Source: Monocercomonoides exilis PA203 (lineage: Eukaryota; Protista; Preaxostyla). Taken from it: a stretch of DNA of 64,000 bases. The translations under genes and the position numbers were made by a program. Positions 63,601 through 64,000 of this stretch are shown piece after piece; the first letter of the stretch is position 1, and each line of letters opens with the position of its first letter. Under the pieces are notes generated by a model. That model searched no databases. It was not told the origin of the DNA and worked only from the letters and a program-made list of their open reading frames with translations. Location: assembly GCA_001643675.2 (NCBI GenBank), contig LSRY02000041.1, positions 62,001-126,000 on the forward strand, in the 5' to 3' direction.

Positions 63601-64000
63601 ACCTATTCTCAGACACTCACACGTTTAAGTTCTTCTGCGATTCGGGCCCACACAACCGAAATCGCTTCATTCTTCACTTCATCCTTTCAAAACAATCAAA
63701 ACTTTTGAAAAAGAAAAATACTCAACTCAACTTCTTCGCTGAGCACCATGGAAAAAATATCTGTGATAGTGAATTTGGTGCACTTGTGAACACAATCAAC
63801 AACAACCTATCAACTGAACACATCACCACACTTCATGACTTAATCAACTTCTTCGAAAACAATATGAACACTTCGACATCAGCTTCTTCAACTTCACAAT
63901 CAAACATTTTCTCAACACCATCATCAAACTCTTCACCATCTTCAACATCTGTCAATGACTCTGTGCATGAGAGGTACTTTGAAGAATATGTACCATCTCA
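60624..64000 (+). mobile_element. Sola2-like DDD transposase gene with an embedded USP (peptidase C19) domain; damaged copy, 3'-partial
   Basis: Exons 60624-60790, 60891-61122 and 61172 onward. USP Cys box GLRNLGNTCNLASLLQC (Cys 61960), QQNVTEAL, His box NGHCIAVVK...WNICNDADV (His 62680). The open frame 62913-64000 contains KRRTDLCGMC, VFDFKE (D 63393), FSDCLSND, FCDSGPHNRN (D 63639) and FFAEHHGKNICDSEFG (D 63765). Confidence 0.8.

Overview
AT-rich, intron-containing eukaryotic genomic DNA read in the standard code, with many poly-Ser and Glu/Lys low-complexity tracts. This style resembles an oxymonad or other metamonad such as Monocercomonoides, which is an inference from composition only. 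The first half (1-32.1 kb) is gene-dense: the 3' part of a Ser-rich hypothetical gene, three tandem paralogues of an uncharacterised family, WDR34/DYNC2I2, a CDK10/11-like kinase, a very large divergent SLC12 cotransporter and a very large SPRY+RING (RNF123/KPC1-like) E3 ligase. The second half (32.2-64 kb) is a nested transposon field. It holds two pogo/Fot1-type DD35D elements with TIRs and TA duplications, a tRNA-like sequence, a 426-bp inverted duplication, and several elements sharing ATAT|GRG...CCC|ATAT termini: a MITE, a 5.4-kb element and two large paralogous elements carrying decayed genes. The most notable feature is at 60.6-64 kb: a spliced Sola2-like DDD transposase gene with a USP (peptidase C19) deubiquitinase domain inserted between its N-terminal region and catalytic core. 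This copy is damaged by five stops and one frameshift, but the USP Cys/His/Asn-Asp residues and the transposase Asp triad are all still present. The transposase core is absent from the supplied ORF track because it runs off the window edge.
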